A stretch of 64,000 bases of DNA from positions 15,282-79,281 of the forward strand of contig JABWBN010000001.1 of NCBI GenBank assembly GCA_013360485.1, read 5' to 3'. Positions 36,201 through 47,469 of the stretch are shown in pieces. Position numbers and translations under genes: made by a program. The notes beneath the pieces are model-generated. The model was given only the letters and a program-made list of their open reading frames with translations, had not been told where the DNA came from and searched no databases. Position 1 is the stretch's first letter, and each line of letters begins with the position of its first letter. The stretch is from Burkholderiaceae bacterium. Its GTDB lineage: Bacteria > Pseudomonadota > Gammaproteobacteria > Burkholderiales > Burkholderiaceae_C.

Positions 36201-36234
36201 GCAGAAACTGCAGCGGCTGGCGCGGGATTCCGAC

Positions 36235-36825
36235 GTGGTGCGCGAGCATTGCCTGGACGATCTGATCGATGCCTTGCGCGACCTCCCTGGCGTGGGCCAG
36301 AAGTCGGCACAACGCATTGCGTACCACCTTTTGCAGCACGATCGCGATGTGGCGCAGCGGCTCGCCCGAGCCCTGGACGGCGCCGTGGCTGCCGTCGGCA
36401 GGTGTTCGCGGTGCCACACGCTGACTCAGGCATCGATATGCGCGACCTGCAGCGACGAATCCCGCGATGCCGGTCAACTCATGGTCGTAGAGACGCCGGC
36501 CGACCAAGCGGCCATCGAGCGCACTGGCAGCTATCGCGGGCTGTACTTTGTGCTGATGGGCCGGTTGCGGCCACTCGAAGGTCGCGGCCTTCAGGAACTG
36601 GGCGCAGCCGAGCTGCTGGAGCGGTCGGCGGATCCGCAGCTGCGCGAGGTCGTGCTTGCAACCAGCTTCACCGCCGAGGGCGAGGCCACTGCTCATGTGC
36701 TGGCGCAGGCGCTCAAGGCGCGCGGGCTGACCGTCACGAGACTCGCGCGAGGTGTCCCGGCGGGCAGCGAGCTCGAGTACGTCGATCTGTCGACCTTGGC
36801 GCACGCGCTTGACGATCGCCGCTGA
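36235..36825 (+). CDS. recR: Recombination mediator RecR
   Basis: Hh[13 protein letters not shown]4 zinc finger, TOPRIM (EGEATA), LARGVP..ELEYVD. Confidence 0.94.
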   Translation: MVREHCLDDLIDALRDLPGVGQKSAQRIAYHLLQHDRDVAQRLARALDGAVAAVGRCSRCHTLTQASICATCSDESRDAGQLMVVETPADQAAIERTGSYRGLYFVLMGRLRPLEGRGLQELGAAELLERSADPQLREVVLATSFTAEGEATAHVLAQALKARGLTVTRLARGVPAGSELEYVDLSTLAHALDDRR

Positions 36826-36873
36826 CGCCGTGGCGCGACTCCGGGCAGCACTCTTGCAACAAGGCTGCGTCGC

Positions 36874-38514
36874 TCAGCGTTGAGCGACGTCGGTGCGTGC
36901 CTTGCGCGGCGGCTTGCTGGTACGAGGAGACTTGGTGGCCGCCACGGCCTTGCGTGGCGCAGCGGTTACCGCCTTCTTGGCCACGGGTTTGACTCCAGAG
37001 GCGACGCGACGCGTGGCGCGTGGCCCGGAGTTCGACTTTGATGCCTCGGCGACGCTTCGGGTCGCCGGAGCCACCATGAGCACGACGGCTTGACCGGGCC
37101 GGAATCGCGCGCCCACGGTGGTCTTGTTCCAGCGCGCGACATCCGTGGCATTGACTTTATGGCGTCGCGCCACCGCAGCCACTGTGTCGCCACGGCTCCC
37201 GACCTTGAGGGTGACCTTGCGCAGCTTGCCCCGTTCGGGGGCCAACGCCAGCGATGCGTTGTCCGCAACGGCCTCGGACACATCGTGCCGCTGGTTGACC
37301 GGTCGAGGAACCAGCAACGTCGAACCCGCCTTCACCAGCATCTTGGCGGGAATCCGATTGACCTCCCTGAGCTGGTCTTCGCTGGTGCCCGTGATGCGCG
37401 CGGCCTCGGACGCGCGCAGCGTCCGGGGCGCGATCCAGGCCGTCCAGCTCGCCAGCGGGCCTGAGTGTTGGCCCAGAGCCCGCACGAAGGTATTGGCGTT
37501 GTCATACGGCAGCAGCACCTGGGGTGTGCCCGCCGCCAGGATGACCGGCTTGTTCATTTGGGGGTTCAGTTGGTGGAACTCATCCAAAGGCAGTCCTGAC
37601 AACCGCGCAGCCAGGTCGACGTCGATGTCTCGTTCGATCGGAACGGCGAGGAAGTAGGGATGGTTCTTCAGGACGGGCAGCTCCAGGCCGAAGTCGTGCG
37701 GCCTGGCGACCATGTTCTTGATGGCCTGCAGCTTGGGCAGATAGTCGCGCGTCTCGCCAGGCATGCGCAGGCTGAGGTAATCGGCCGGCTTGCCAGCCCG
37801 TTCGTTGCGCGCCACCGCTCGTTGCACGTTGCCTTGGCCCCAGTTGTATGCCGCCAACGCGAGTTGCCAGTCCTCGAACATGCCATGCAGCAATTGCAGG
37901 TAGTCGAGCGCTGCGCGTGTCGAGGCCAACACATCTCGCCGGTCGTCACGAAAGACGTTCTGCTTGAGATCGTAGTCGCGACCCGTTCCCGGAATGAACT
38001 GCCACATCCCCGAAGCCTTGGCACGCGACATGGCCTGCGGGTTGTAGGCGCTTTCGATGAAGGGCAGCAGCGCGAGATCGGTTGGCATGTCGCGGCGCTG
38101 CAGTTCCTCGACGATGTGAAAAAGATAGCGGCCGCCACGCTCCATCATGCGCTGGATGTAAGCGGGTCGAGCCGCATACCAACGCTCCCAGTTGCGAACC
38201 CGCTCGGTGTCGATGTCGGGGATTGCGTAACCTTTGCGCAGGCGCTCCCAGAGATCCGTGTCGGCGTTGGAATCGGTGGGGTCGATGGGGATGTCCGGAC
38301 GCAGCGGGTCGATGGCCGCCACTGCTGGAATTGGCTCGGCAGGCACTGATGCGGGGGCGGCGATCACGGGGGCCGAAGCGACCAGATCAGGCAGCGAAGC
38401 GACGGCGGCCGGGGGCGGTTCAGGCGCGGGATCGGGCGGCGTGGCACAACCAGCCAGCCAGCCTATCAGCCAGAGGCAGGCGAAGCCGGCAACGTGTCGG
38501 GCGTTCATCGGCAT
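36874..38514 (-). CDS. mltD: Membrane-bound lytic murein transglycosylase D-like lipoprotein (SLT plus LysM-like)
   Basis: Lipobox LAGC, LPFIESAYNP, GMWQF, AAYNWGQG, ETRDY; basic tail. Confidence 0.9.
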   Translation of the reverse strand: MPMNARHVAGFACLWLIGWLAGCATPPDPAPEPPPAAVASLPDLVASAPVIAAPASVPAEPIPAVAAIDPLRPDIPIDPTDSNADTDLWERLRKGYAIPDIDTERVRNWERWYAARPAYIQRMMERGGRYLFHIVEELQRRDMPTDLALLPFIESAYNPQAMSRAKASGMWQFIPGTGRDYDLKQNVFRDDRRDVLASTRAALDYLQLLHGMFEDWQLALAAYNWGQGNVQRAVARNERAGKPADYLSLRMPGETRDYLPKLQAIKNMVARPHDFGLELPVLKNHPYFLAVPIERDIDVDLAARLSGLPLDEFHQLNPQMNKPVILAAGTPQVLLPYDNANTFVRALGQHSGPLASWTAWIAPRTLRASEAARITGTSEDQLREVNRIPAKMLVKAGSTLLVPRPVNQRHDVSEAVADNASLALAPERGKLRKVTLKVGSRGDTVAAVARRHKVNATDVARWNKTTVGARFRPGQAVVLMVAPATRSVAEASKSNSGPRATRRVASGVKPVAKKAVTAAPRKAVAATKSPRTSKPPRKARTDVAQR

Positions 38515-39278
38515 TGGTTCTTCCACTCACGCAGTGCGGCAAATATCGCCACCTCGTCGTCCGCCTTGGCGCCGTGATGGCAGGCGGCACTTTGCACCGA
38601 TGGCACGGCGGTGCGCAAGAAGGGGTTGATGCGGCGCTCGATCTCCAGCGTGGACGGAAGCGTCGGCTTGCCTTCGGAGCGCAGCGCGCGGCACCGTGCC
38701 GCATGCGTTGCGACATCTTCGTTGTCGGGCTCTACCATCTGGGCAAAACGCAGGTTGGACTCGGTGTATTCGTGTGCACAGCACACGCGCGTATCCGGAG
38801 GTAGCGCAGCGAGCCGCCTCAGGGAGTCGAGCATCTGCGCTGCCGTGCCCTCGAACAGGCGACCGCAGCCGGCTGAGAACAGGGTGTCACCGCAGAACAG
38901 CACCGGCACGGAGTCATCGGAAGGCATGCAGAAGTACGCCACGTGACCCGCCGTGTGGCCCGGCACTTCAATGACCTCGAATGCGGCCCCGATCGCTTCG
39001 AATCGGGTTGCCTCCTGCACCGGTTCGAACGGCCCCGGAACCGGCTCGGCAGCGGGTGCGTATACAACACCGTCGAGGCGAGCCCGCAGTACCTCCAACC
39101 CCCCAGTGTGGTCTGCGTGATGGTGCGTCACTAGAATGGCCCGCAGCGCGAGCCCCAGGGCCTCGAGTGCCGTGAGTACCGGCGCCGCGTCTCCCGGATC
39201 GACGACGACGGCATTGTGACCATCGTGAAGCATCCAGATGTAGTTGTCTGCGAAGGCGGGCAGGGCGATCAGAGTCAT
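38505..39278 (-). CDS. gloB: Hydroxyacylglutathione hydrolase (glyoxalase II)
   Basis: DNYIW, THHHADHTGG, PGHTAGH, GDTLFSAGCGR, CAHEYT. Confidence 0.96.
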   Translation of the reverse strand: MTLIALPAFADNYIWMLHDGHNAVVVDPGDAAPVLTALEALGLALRAILVTHHHADHTGGLEVLRARLDGVVYAPAAEPVPGPFEPVQEATRFEAIGAAFEVIEVPGHTAGHVAYFCMPSDDSVPVLFCGDTLFSAGCGRLFEGTAAQMLDSLRRLAALPPDTRVCCAHEYTESNLRFAQMVEPDNEDVATHAARCRALRSEGKPTLPSTLEIERRINPFLRTAVPSVQSAACHHGAKADDEVAIFAALREWKNQCR

Positions 39279-40131
39279 GACGCGCGACGATTCGATTATA
39301 GAGTTCGGTCAGTGGCTGCGAACCCCGCCTGGGCAGTACTTGATGGCATGGGAGCAGGTCGAACTCGATCGTGCAGTGGCCGATGTCTTCGGGTTCCATG
39401 CGCTCCAGCTCGGTTTGCCCGAGCTCGATGCGCTTCGCACCAACCGAATGCCGCATCGTTGGGTGGCCAGTGACACCGTCTATGTGCCCGAACCCGTTCC
39501 GGTACCGGACGTGGATGAGTCGCTGAGCACTCTGGCGCCCATCGGGGGCCTGCAGCTGCATTGTGAGTTCGACGCCCTGCCGTTCCCCGCGCAGTGCATG
39601 GACTTGGTGTTGCTGCCCCATACGCTGGAGCTGGCACGTGATGCGCACCAGGCCCTGCGCGAGGTCGAGCGGGTATTGGTGCCGGAGGGGCATGTCGTCA
39701 TGACCGGCTTCAACCCGGCCAGCATGTGGGCGCTTCGACAGCGCATGGGACGCCTGTTTCACGGGCGCGACAGCACCCGAGCGTTGTTCATGCCTCGCGC
39801 GGGTGACTTCATCGGCTACTGGCGGCTGCGCGATTGGCTTCGGTTGCTGGGTTTTGAGGTCGTACTGGGTCGCTTTGGATGCTGGCGGCCGCCCTGGCGT
39901 TCTGTGGGATGGCTTCAACGAGGGCCATGGATCGAGCGGGCAGGTTCGCAGTGGTGGCCTGTTCTTGGTGCGCTGTACATCCTGGTTGCGGTCAAGCGCG
40001 TGCCGGGCATGCGCCTGATCGGACCAGCGCGCCGACAGCGCAGTGCGGCGCAAGCTGGCAAGGCCGTTGCGGTGTCGCGTGGCGGTTGGTCCCGCGGCGC
40101 GCCGCATCCCCGCGACAATCGCGCCCCATGA
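39277..40131 (+). CDS. YafS-like class I SAM-dependent methyltransferase
   Basis: [39 protein letters not shown]; gloB/yafS/rnhA order. Confidence 0.88.
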   Translation: MTRDDSIIEFGQWLRTPPGQYLMAWEQVELDRAVADVFGFHALQLGLPELDALRTNRMPHRWVASDTVYVPEPVPVPDVDESLSTLAPIGGLQLHCEFDALPFPAQCMDLVLLPHTLELARDAHQALREVERVLVPEGHVVMTGFNPASMWALRQRMGRLFHGRDSTRALFMPRAGDFIGYWRLRDWLRLLGFEVVLGRFGCWRPPWRSVGWLQRGPWIERAGSQWWPVLGALYILVAVKRVPGMRLIGPARRQRSAAQAGKAVAVSRGGWSRGAPHPRDNRAP

Positions 40132-40571
40132 GCAGCGAACAAGTCGTGATCTACACCGATGGAGCCTGCAAGGGCAACCCGGGCGCCGGCGGGTGGGGCG
40201 CATGGTTGCGCTGGGGCGAGCATGAGCGCGAGCTTTTTGGCGGAGACCCGCACACCACGAACAACCGCATGGAACTCACCGCCGTGATCGAGGCGCTGGC
40301 CCTGCTGAAGCGACGATCGGCGGTGGCCATCTACACCGACAGCGAGTACGTGAAGAACGGCATCAGCCGTTGGATCCACGCTTGGAAGTCACGCGGTTGG
40401 CTCACGGCTGACCGCAAGCCTGTGAAGAACGAGGACCTGTGGCAGCGCCTGGACGAACTGGTCGCCGGACACGACGTGCAATGGCACTGGGTTCGTGGAC
40501 ACACGGGCGATCCAGGCAACGAACGAGCCGACCGCCTTGCGAACCAGGGCGTGCAGCAGGTAAGGAAGTGA
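40128..40571 (+). CDS. rnhA: Ribonuclease HI
   Basis: [38 protein letters not shown]. Confidence 0.97.
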   Translation: MSSEQVVIYTDGACKGNPGAGGWGAWLRWGEHERELFGGDPHTTNNRMELTAVIEALALLKRRSAVAIYTDSEYVKNGISRWIHAWKSRGWLTADRKPVKNEDLWQRLDELVAGHDVQWHWVRGHTGDPGNERADRLANQGVQQVRK

Positions 40572-40625
40572 GGGCATTTCACCGACGGTACAGTTGACAG
40601 TTTGCAGCGTGGCAGGCGCCGGTGC

Positions 40626-41828
40626 ATGAAGAAGATTCAGTTTGTCGTTGCGGCAGTGGCGTTGGGTGCGTTGGGCGTTGGCGCGTGGTGGGTCCAGAAT
40701 CGCCCGTCGAACCAACCGGCCTCGGCCACGGTTGAGCCCGGCGCCAAGGGCAGCGGCGGCGCGGCACGGCAGGTGGGGGCCGTTGCACCGGTACCGGTTG
40801 AGGTGGCCCAGGCGTCGCTGGAGCGGATCGAGGACGACGCGCTGGCTGTGGGCACATTGCGCTCGCGCCAAGGCGTTGTATTGCGCCCCGAGGTCAGCGG
40901 GCGGGTGGCTCGGCTGGGTTTCGCCGACGGCCAGCGTGTTCGAAAAGGCCAGGTGCTGGTGCAGCTCGACGACACGTTGCAGCAGGCGCAACTCCAGCAG
41001 GCCGTGGCGCAGGAAGGCATCGCTCGCACGCAGCTGCAACGCAACCGCGACCTGGTGGCGCAGAACTTCGTCACCCAGAGCGCGCTGGATCAGGCTGCTG
41101 CCAATCTCGAGGTCGCGCAGGCCCAGGTGGCGCTGGCACGTGCACAGGTGCAGCGCCTGCGCATCGTGGCGCCGTTCACCGGCACGATGGGCATACGCAG
41201 CGTGAACGTCGGCGACTACGTCAAGGACGGAGCAGACCTGGTGCAGATCGAAGACACCTCCGGGCTGCTGGTCGATGTGCGCCTTCCGGAACGCTACTCA
41301 TCGCGGCTGCGTGCCGGCCAACTGGTAAACGTGAAGGTCGATGCGGTGCCCGGTCGCGAGTTCGCTGCGCGGCTGGAGGCCGTGGACGCCGTACTCGACG
41401 CCAACGGCCGATCACTGCTCGCGCGGGCGCGCCTGACCCACGGCGACGGCGTGCTGCGCAGCGGGATGTTTGCGCGTGCGCGCATCGTGTTCGGCGTTCG
41501 CGAGGGGGCCGTCACGGTACCCGAGCAGGCGCTGGTGCCTCAGGGAGAGCAGCAATACCTGGTCAAGGTGGTCACCGACCCGCAGGGTCGGCAGGTTTCA
41601 CAGCGCATGGTCGCCAAGGTCGGTGCGCGCAGTGTGGGTCGGGTCGAGATCCTGGAAGGCCTGGCGGCTCGCGAGACGGTGGTGGTGGCGGGTCAACCTC
41701 GTCTGATGAGAGCCGATGGTCTGCCGGTACGCATCATCCAGGTTGGCGCCGGGCCAGCCCCCAGACCTGCGTCAAGTGCCAGCCCCCCCCACCCTGCTGC
41801 GATCGCGGCGTCGGGGCGCAAGGCCTGA
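40626..41828 (+). CDS. RND efflux periplasmic adaptor (MFP)
   Basis: N-terminal TM, EVSGRV, IVAPFTG, LRSGMF, VEILEGL. Confidence 0.9.
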   Translation: MKKIQFVVAAVALGALGVGAWWVQNRPSNQPASATVEPGAKGSGGAARQVGAVAPVPVEVAQASLERIEDDALAVGTLRSRQGVVLRPEVSGRVARLGFADGQRVRKGQVLVQLDDTLQQAQLQQAVAQEGIARTQLQRNRDLVAQNFVTQSALDQAAANLEVAQAQVALARAQVQRLRIVAPFTGTMGIRSVNVGDYVKDGADLVQIEDTSGLLVDVRLPERYSSRLRAGQLVNVKVDAVPGREFAARLEAVDAVLDANGRSLLARARLTHGDGVLRSGMFARARIVFGVREGAVTVPEQALVPQGEQQYLVKVVTDPQGRQVSQRMVAKVGARSVGRVEILEGLAARETVVVAGQPRLMRADGLPVRIIQVGAGPAPRPASSASPPHPAAIAASGRKA

Positions 41829-41835
41829 GGTTGCG

Positions 41836-44800
41836 ATGAAGCTGTCTGACCTCTCGATCCGGCGGCCGGTCTTCGCGACCGTGATGTCGCTGATGCTGAT
41901 GCTTGTGGGGGGCGTGTCGTACAAGCAGCTCAGTGTGCGCGAGTACCCCCTCATCGACGAGCCGGTGGTGACCGTGAGCACCCGGCTGGTCGGCGCGTCA
42001 TCGGAGGTGATCGAATCGCAGGTGACCAAGCCGCTGGAGGATTCCATCGCCGGCATCGACGGTGTGGACGTGCTGACCTCGATCTCGCGATCGGAGCAAA
42101 GCCAGATCAGCGTTCGCTTCAAGCTGACCAAGGACCCGGATGCAGCCGCCGCTGATGTGCGCGATCGGGTGTCGCGGGTTCGGGGCAGGCTGCCCGATGC
42201 GGCCGACGAGCCTGTCATCGCCAAGGTCGAGGCCGATGCCTCGCCCGTGATCTGGCTCGCTTACTTGTCCGAGACCATGTCACCGCTCGAGGTGACCGAC
42301 GTCATCAACAAGATCGTCAAACCTCGCCTGCAGACGATCCCCGGCGTGGCTGACGTCACGGTGGGTGGGGACCGGCGGTTCGCCATGCGGGTCTGGCTCG
42401 ACCCTGAGCGCCTGGCTGCGTATCGACTGACGGTGCAAGATGTCGAGGACGCCATTCGCAAGCAGAACCTCGAGGTGCCCGCCGGGCGAATCGAGAGCAG
42501 CCAGAGGGAGTTCAGCGTCACTTCGCGCACCGACCTCAACACGGTCGCGCAGTTCGCCGATGTTGCCCTCAAGCAGGTGGGCGGCTACACGGTGCGCATG
42601 CGCGATGTCGCGCGAGTCGAGGAAACCGCCGCCAGCGAGCGATCGCGCGTGCGCCTGAACGGTGTGCCTTCGATCTCCACGGGCATCGTGCGCAACGCGA
42701 CGGCCAACCCGCTGGAGGTGGCGGCGGGCGTGCGCGCAGCGCTGCCCTTGATCCAGCGCGATTTGCCACCCTCGTTGAAAGTGGTTCCGGCCAACGACAA
42801 CTCGGTGTTCATTGAACGATCGATCCGCTCGGTATTCATCACCGTGGCCGAAGCCATCGGGTTGGTGGCACTGGTCGTGTTCGTGTTTCTGCGCACGCTG
42901 AGGGCCTCGGTCATCCCCCTGGTGACCATACCGGTGAGCCTGATCGGTAGTTTCGCTCTGATGGCTCTGGCCGGTTTCAGCGTCAACACGCTGACGCTTC
43001 TTGCGCTGGTGCTGGCCATCGGCCTGGTGGTCGACGATGCCATCGTGGTGCTGGAGAACATCTTCCGGCATATCGAGGAGGGGCTCGAGCCGTTCCAGGC
43101 CGCATTGCGCGGAGCTCGGGAGATCGGTTTTGCGGTGGTGGCGATGACGTTGACGCTTGCGGCAGTCTTTGCGCCACTGGCGTTCACGCCAGGCCGCACG
43201 GGCCGGCTGTTCATCGAGTTCGCCCTCACGTTGGCGGGAGCGGTTCTGGTTTCGGGCTTTGTGGCACTGACGCTCACGCCGATGATGTGCAGCAAGCTGC
43301 TGCGCCACAACTCGACGCCAGGGGCATTCGATCGCGGGATGGAGCGGCTCCTTGTGGCCATGGCCACGCGGTATGAAGGCGCGCTGCGATGGGTGCTATC
43401 GAACCGCTGGGTGGTGTTGGTCGTGATGGCCACCAGCGCTGGAGGAAGTTGGTGGTTGTTCGCCAACGCGAAGAGCGAGCTGGCGCCCATGGAAGATCGT
43501 GGCGTGATCATCATGCCGGTCAACGCGCCAGACGGGGCCACGCTCGACTACACGGCGCGGTACCTGGATGCGGCGGACGAACTGGCGGCCCGCTTCCCTG
43601 AATTCGACCGCCGGTTCTTCTTTGCAGGTAACCCTTCGGTCGCCTCTGGCTTCGGAATCATGCGGACCGTCGACTGGTCCGAGCGCACCCGATCCACCCA
43701 GCAGCTGGCTCAGGCCTTGCGGCCACTGGTTGCCGAACTGCCTGGCGTCAGCGCGTTCCCGATCACTCCGCCCAGCCTAGGCCAAGGTTTCCGGTCCCGG
43801 CCGCTGAACGTGGTCGTCGTCACCAGTGACAGCTACGAGAACCTGTCGGGCGTGGCACAGCAGATGCTGACCGAGATGGGGCGCAATCCGGGTCTGATTC
43901 AGCCCGATACCGACCTGCGGCTCAACAAGCCCGAGATCTTCATGGAGGTCGACCGCGACCGGGCGGCGGATCTGGGCATCAACGTTGACCACGTGGCGCG
44001 TACCGTCGAAACCATGCTGGGCGGGCGCAACGTCACACGGTACAAGCGCGGGGCCGACCAATACGATGTGATCGTGCAGACGGTGGCTGGCGGGCGTACC
44101 ACGCCGGAGGACATCGATCGGCTGTTCGTGCGCGGGCGCAACGACACCATGGTTCCGCTGGCCGCACTGGTGAAGGTTCGCGAGGCGGTAAGCCCGCGCG
44201 AGCTCAACCACTTCAATCAACGCCGATCGGTCAACATCACCGCCGACCTGGCACCCGGGTACGCACTGGGTGATGCACTGGCGTTCATGGACGATGTGGC
44301 GAGGCGGGTACTCAAGCCCGGCTACACCACCGAATTGAACGGGGTCTCGCGTGAGTTCAGGGAGTCCAGTGGCGCCCTGGGGCTGGTATTCGTGCTGGCC
44401 CTGGCTTTCATCTTCCTCGTGCTGGCAGCTCAATTCGAGAGCTTCGTCGATCCGTTCATCATCCTCTTGGCGGTGCCGCTGTCGATGGTGGGTGCGTTGG
44501 CGGCGTTGAAGCTGACCGGAGGAACGCTCAACGTCTATTCGCAGATCGGCCTGATCACGCTGGTCGGATTGATCACCAAGCACGGCATCCTGATCGTCGA
44601 GTTCAGCAACCAGCTGCGCCAGGACGGACGCAGCGTGCACGAGGCAGTCGTCGAGGCGGCCACATTGCGCTTGCGGCCCATCCTGATGACCACGGGTGCG
44701 ATGGTCCTGGGTGCGCTCCCTCTTGCACTGGCCAGTGGGGCCGGAGCCGAGAGCCGTCAGCAGATCGGCTGGGTGATCGTGGGTGGAATGAGCGTGGGCA

Positions 44801-44913
44801 CGTTGCTCACGATCTTTGTCGTGCCAACTGTGTACACGTGGCTCGCTCGCAGCCGCGTGCCTGGCGAGATCCGTACACCTGAGCAAGCCGTGGCGGCAAC
44901 AGGCCACGACTGA
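41836..44913 (+). CDS. RND efflux inner-membrane transporter (AcrB/HAE1 family)
   Basis: SIRRPVFA, GLVVDDAIVVLENI, KHGILIVEF, RLRPILMT. Confidence 0.95.
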   Translation: MKLSDLSIRRPVFATVMSLMLMLVGGVSYKQLSVREYPLIDEPVVTVSTRLVGASSEVIESQVTKPLEDSIAGIDGVDVLTSISRSEQSQISVRFKLTKDPDAAAADVRDRVSRVRGRLPDAADEPVIAKVEADASPVIWLAYLSETMSPLEVTDVINKIVKPRLQTIPGVADVTVGGDRRFAMRVWLDPERLAAYRLTVQDVEDAIRKQNLEVPAGRIESSQREFSVTSRTDLNTVAQFADVALKQVGGYTVRMRDVARVEETAASERSRVRLNGVPSISTGIVRNATANPLEVAAGVRAALPLIQRDLPPSLKVVPANDNSVFIERSIRSVFITVAEAIGLVALVVFVFLRTLRASVIPLVTIPVSLIGSFALMALAGFSVNTLTLLALVLAIGLVVDDAIVVLENIFRHIEEGLEPFQAALRGAREIGFAVVAMTLTLAAVFAPLAFTPGRTGRLFIEFALTLAGAVLVSGFVALTLTPMMCSKLLRHNSTPGAFDRGMERLLVAMATRYEGALRWVLSNRWVVLVVMATSAGGSWWLFANAKSELAPMEDRGVIIMPVNAPDGATLDYTARYLDAADELAARFPEFDRRFFFAGNPSVASGFGIMRTVDWSERTRSTQQLAQALRPLVAELPGVSAFPITPPSLGQGFRSRPLNVVVVTSDSYENLSGVAQQMLTEMGRNPGLIQPDTDLRLNKPEIFMEVDRDRAADLGINVDHVARTVETMLGGRNVTRYKRGADQYDVIVQTVAGGRTTPEDIDRLFVRGRNDTMVPLAALVKVREAVSPRELNHFNQRRSVNITADLAPGYALGDALAFMDDVARRVLKPGYTTELNGVSREFRESSGALGLVFVLALAFIFLVLAAQFESFVDPFIILLAVPLSMVGALAALKLTGGTLNVYSQIGLITLVGLITKHGILIVEFSNQLRQDGRSVHEAVVEAATLRLRPILMTTGAMVLGALPLALASGAGAESRQQIGWVIVGGMSVGTLLTIFVVPTVYTWLARSRVPGEIRTPEQAVAATGHD

Positions 44914-44958
44914 CCGATGGGCCCGTGGCATCGGCTCGCAGCTGGCTTGGGTGGACGG

Positions 44959-46242
44959 TCAGATCAGGCCATCGAACGGAATGACGTCCACCAGATCGCC
45001 TGCAGCCACATGGCCCTGATGGTGATGCAGCACGACCAAGCCGTTGGCCTGGCTCATGCTGCGCAGGATGCCTGAGCCCTGGCTGCCCGTGATGCGAACC
45101 TCCCAGGTACCGTCGTCGCGCTGGCTCACGATGCCACGCTGATACTCGGTGCGCCCCGGCTTCTTGCGCAACGCATTGGCACAGGCCGCCCGCAGGTACG
45201 GCAACGGTTCGACGATCGCGCCGCTCATCGCGAGCAAGGCCTCGCGCACAAACGCGTAGAACGTCACCATCACCGCCACGGGGTTGCCCGGAAGCCCGAA
45301 CAGGAGCGCCTGGCGGCCGCTATCGCCGATACGACCGATGGCCATGGGTCGCCCGGGGCGCATGGCGATGCGCCAGAAGAGCACCTCGCCGAGCTCGGAC
45401 ATGATGCGCTTGGTGTAGTCGGCTTCGCCGACGCTGACTCCGCCGGAGGTGATCACGGCATCGGCACAGGCGGCAGCCGTTGCAAACGCCTCTCGCAGTG
45501 CCTGCGGGTCGTCGCGTACCACGCCCATGTCGATCACGTCGACGCCCAGGCGCTGCAGCATGCCCCACAAGGTGTAACGGTTGCTGTCGTAGACGCAGCC
45601 TTCGTCGAGCGGCTCGCCCACCGACCGCAGTTCGTCGCCTGTGGAGAAAAAGGCCACCCGCAGCCTGCGGCGAACCGGCACCTCGGCCATGCCGAGAGAA
45701 GCGATCAGGCCGAGATCTGCCGGTCGCAGCACACGGCCCGCGCAAAGGGCAGGCTCCCCCAGGGCCAGATCCTCGCCGCGGAGCCGGCGGTTGTCACCCA
45801 CGCGCACGACACCTACGGGGATCTGAACGCGACCATCGGCTTCCATGGTCGTGAACTCCTGCGGCACGACGGTGTCCAGGCCGTCGGGCATGACCGCACC
45901 GGTCATGATGCGGTAGCAGTGACCAGGCGGTACAGGTTCTGCCCGCTGTTGGCCTGCGAGTCCGGTGCCCACGACCGGCAGCTGGGTCGGGCCATCGTCA
46001 GCGAGGTCGAGACCGCGCAGCGCATAGCCGTCCATGGCCGCGTTGTCATGCGCCGGGACGTCGATCGGGGAGACCAGGTCCCGTGCCAGGACCCGGCCCA
46101 GGGCCTGGCGCACCGACAGGTGCTCGGTGCCCTGCACGGGCTGCGTAAGCCGCGCGATGAAGGCTTGGGCCGACGCCACGGGCAGCGCCTGCGGATCGTA
46201 GCCGGCGACACACGATGCAATGTGCTGGAGCGACTCGTTCAC
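44959..46242 (-). CDS. moeA: Molybdopterin molybdotransferase (copy 1)
   Basis: AMDGYA, RIMTGA, STGDEL, TSGGVSVG, GLPGNPV. Confidence 0.94.
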   Translation of the reverse strand: MNESLQHIASCVAGYDPQALPVASAQAFIARLTQPVQGTEHLSVRQALGRVLARDLVSPIDVPAHDNAAMDGYALRGLDLADDGPTQLPVVGTGLAGQQRAEPVPPGHCYRIMTGAVMPDGLDTVVPQEFTTMEADGRVQIPVGVVRVGDNRRLRGEDLALGEPALCAGRVLRPADLGLIASLGMAEVPVRRRLRVAFFSTGDELRSVGEPLDEGCVYDSNRYTLWGMLQRLGVDVIDMGVVRDDPQALREAFATAAACADAVITSGGVSVGEADYTKRIMSELGEVLFWRIAMRPGRPMAIGRIGDSGRQALLFGLPGNPVAVMVTFYAFVREALLAMSGAIVEPLPYLRAACANALRKKPGRTEYQRGIVSQRDDGTWEVRITGSQGSGILRSMSQANGLVVLHHHQGHVAAGDLVDVIPFDGLI

Positions 46243-46269
46243 GGTATGTGAGAGGTTATGGCCTGGTGG

Positions 46270-47400
46270 TCAGCCACCGATGTAGTGCATTTCCACCCGC
46301 CGAGCGACGGTGGATGTGTCGGACCCGCCGGCCGAGGCAGACTCGGCCGAGCGCAACTCAGAATAGCGATCCTGACGATCGGACCAGATTCCTGCCAGTG
46401 CAGCGGTGATCTCGTCGTCGGTGCGGCCGGATCGCAGCAAGGCCCGCAGGTCGTACCCCTGGTGCGCGAACAGGCACAGGAACAACTTGCCCTCGGTGGA
46501 CAGGCGCGCGCGGTTGCAGTCGCGGCAGAACGCCTGCGTGACGCTGGAGATGAGGCCGATTTCTCCTGCACCATCCTCGTAGGCCCAGCGCTCGGCTGTT
46601 TCACCAATGGTGGTGGCTTCGAGTGGTCTCAGAGGCCAATGCGGCTGCAGTCGCTCCAGTACCTGCGCCGACGGAAGCACTTCATCCATCCGCCAACCGT
46701 TGGTGGCGCCAACGTCCATGTACTCGATGAAGCGCAGCACCAGCCCGGAGCCGCGAAAGTGCCGGGCCATGGGCAGGATTTCGTGGTCGTTGGTGCCTCG
46801 CTTGACGACCATGTTCACCTTCACCGGGCCGAGCCCGGCCTCGAGCGCGGCGTCGATCCCCGCGAGCACGTCGCCGACCGGAAAGTCCACGTCGTTCATG
46901 CGCCGGAAGACGGCATCGTCCAGGGCGTCCAGGCTGACGGTGACCCGCTTCAGGCCGGCGGCGGCCAGTGCGCGTGCCTTGCGAGCGAGCAGCGAACCGT
47001 TGGTCGTCAGCGTGATGTCCAATTCCTCGCCGTCTGCCGAACGGATGTCCGCCAGCATCTCCACCAGCGACTCCAGCCCCCTGCGCAGCAGCGGTTCACC
47101 TCCGGTCAGGCGGATCTTGCGCACGCCATGTGCGACGAAGACACGGGCCAGGCGCGTGATCTCCTCGAAACTGAGCAGCGACGATGACGGCAGGAAGACG
47201 TAGTCGCGATCGAACACTTCCTTGGGCATGCAGTAGCTGCACCGGAAGTTGCAGCGGTCGGTGACCGATATGCGCAGGTCGCGCAGCGGTCGCCCGAGCC
47301 GGTCGGCCAGAAGGCCAGTCGCCGGCGCCAGTTGCTCAGGTATCGCCGGAACCTGCGCCACGTAGCGCAGGTCTGCCAGCGGAATCACGGTTTCGCCCAT
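46270..47400 (-). CDS. moaA: GTP 3',8-cyclase
   Basis: [18 protein letters not shown], second cluster [12 protein letters not shown]-terminal IGG. Confidence 0.97.
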   Translation of the reverse strand: MGETVIPLADLRYVAQVPAIPEQLAPATGLLADRLGRPLRDLRISVTDRCNFRCSYCMPKEVFDRDYVFLPSSSLLSFEEITRLARVFVAHGVRKIRLTGGEPLLRRGLESLVEMLADIRSADGEELDITLTTNGSLLARKARALAAAGLKRVTVSLDALDDAVFRRMNDVDFPVGDVLAGIDAALEAGLGPVKVNMVVKRGTNDHEILPMARHFRGSGLVLRFIEYMDVGATNGWRMDEVLPSAQVLERLQPHWPLRPLEATTIGETAERWAYEDGAGEIGLISSVTQAFCRDCNRARLSTEGKLFLCLFAHQGYDLRALLRSGRTDDEITAALAGIWSDRQDRYSELRSAESASAGGSDTSTVARRVEMHYIGG

Positions 47401-47469
47401 GGCGCCATTGTGCCGCGATGCAGCGACACAACTGCATCCTGCGTGATCGCGACCCCGGCCGCGGGGGGC

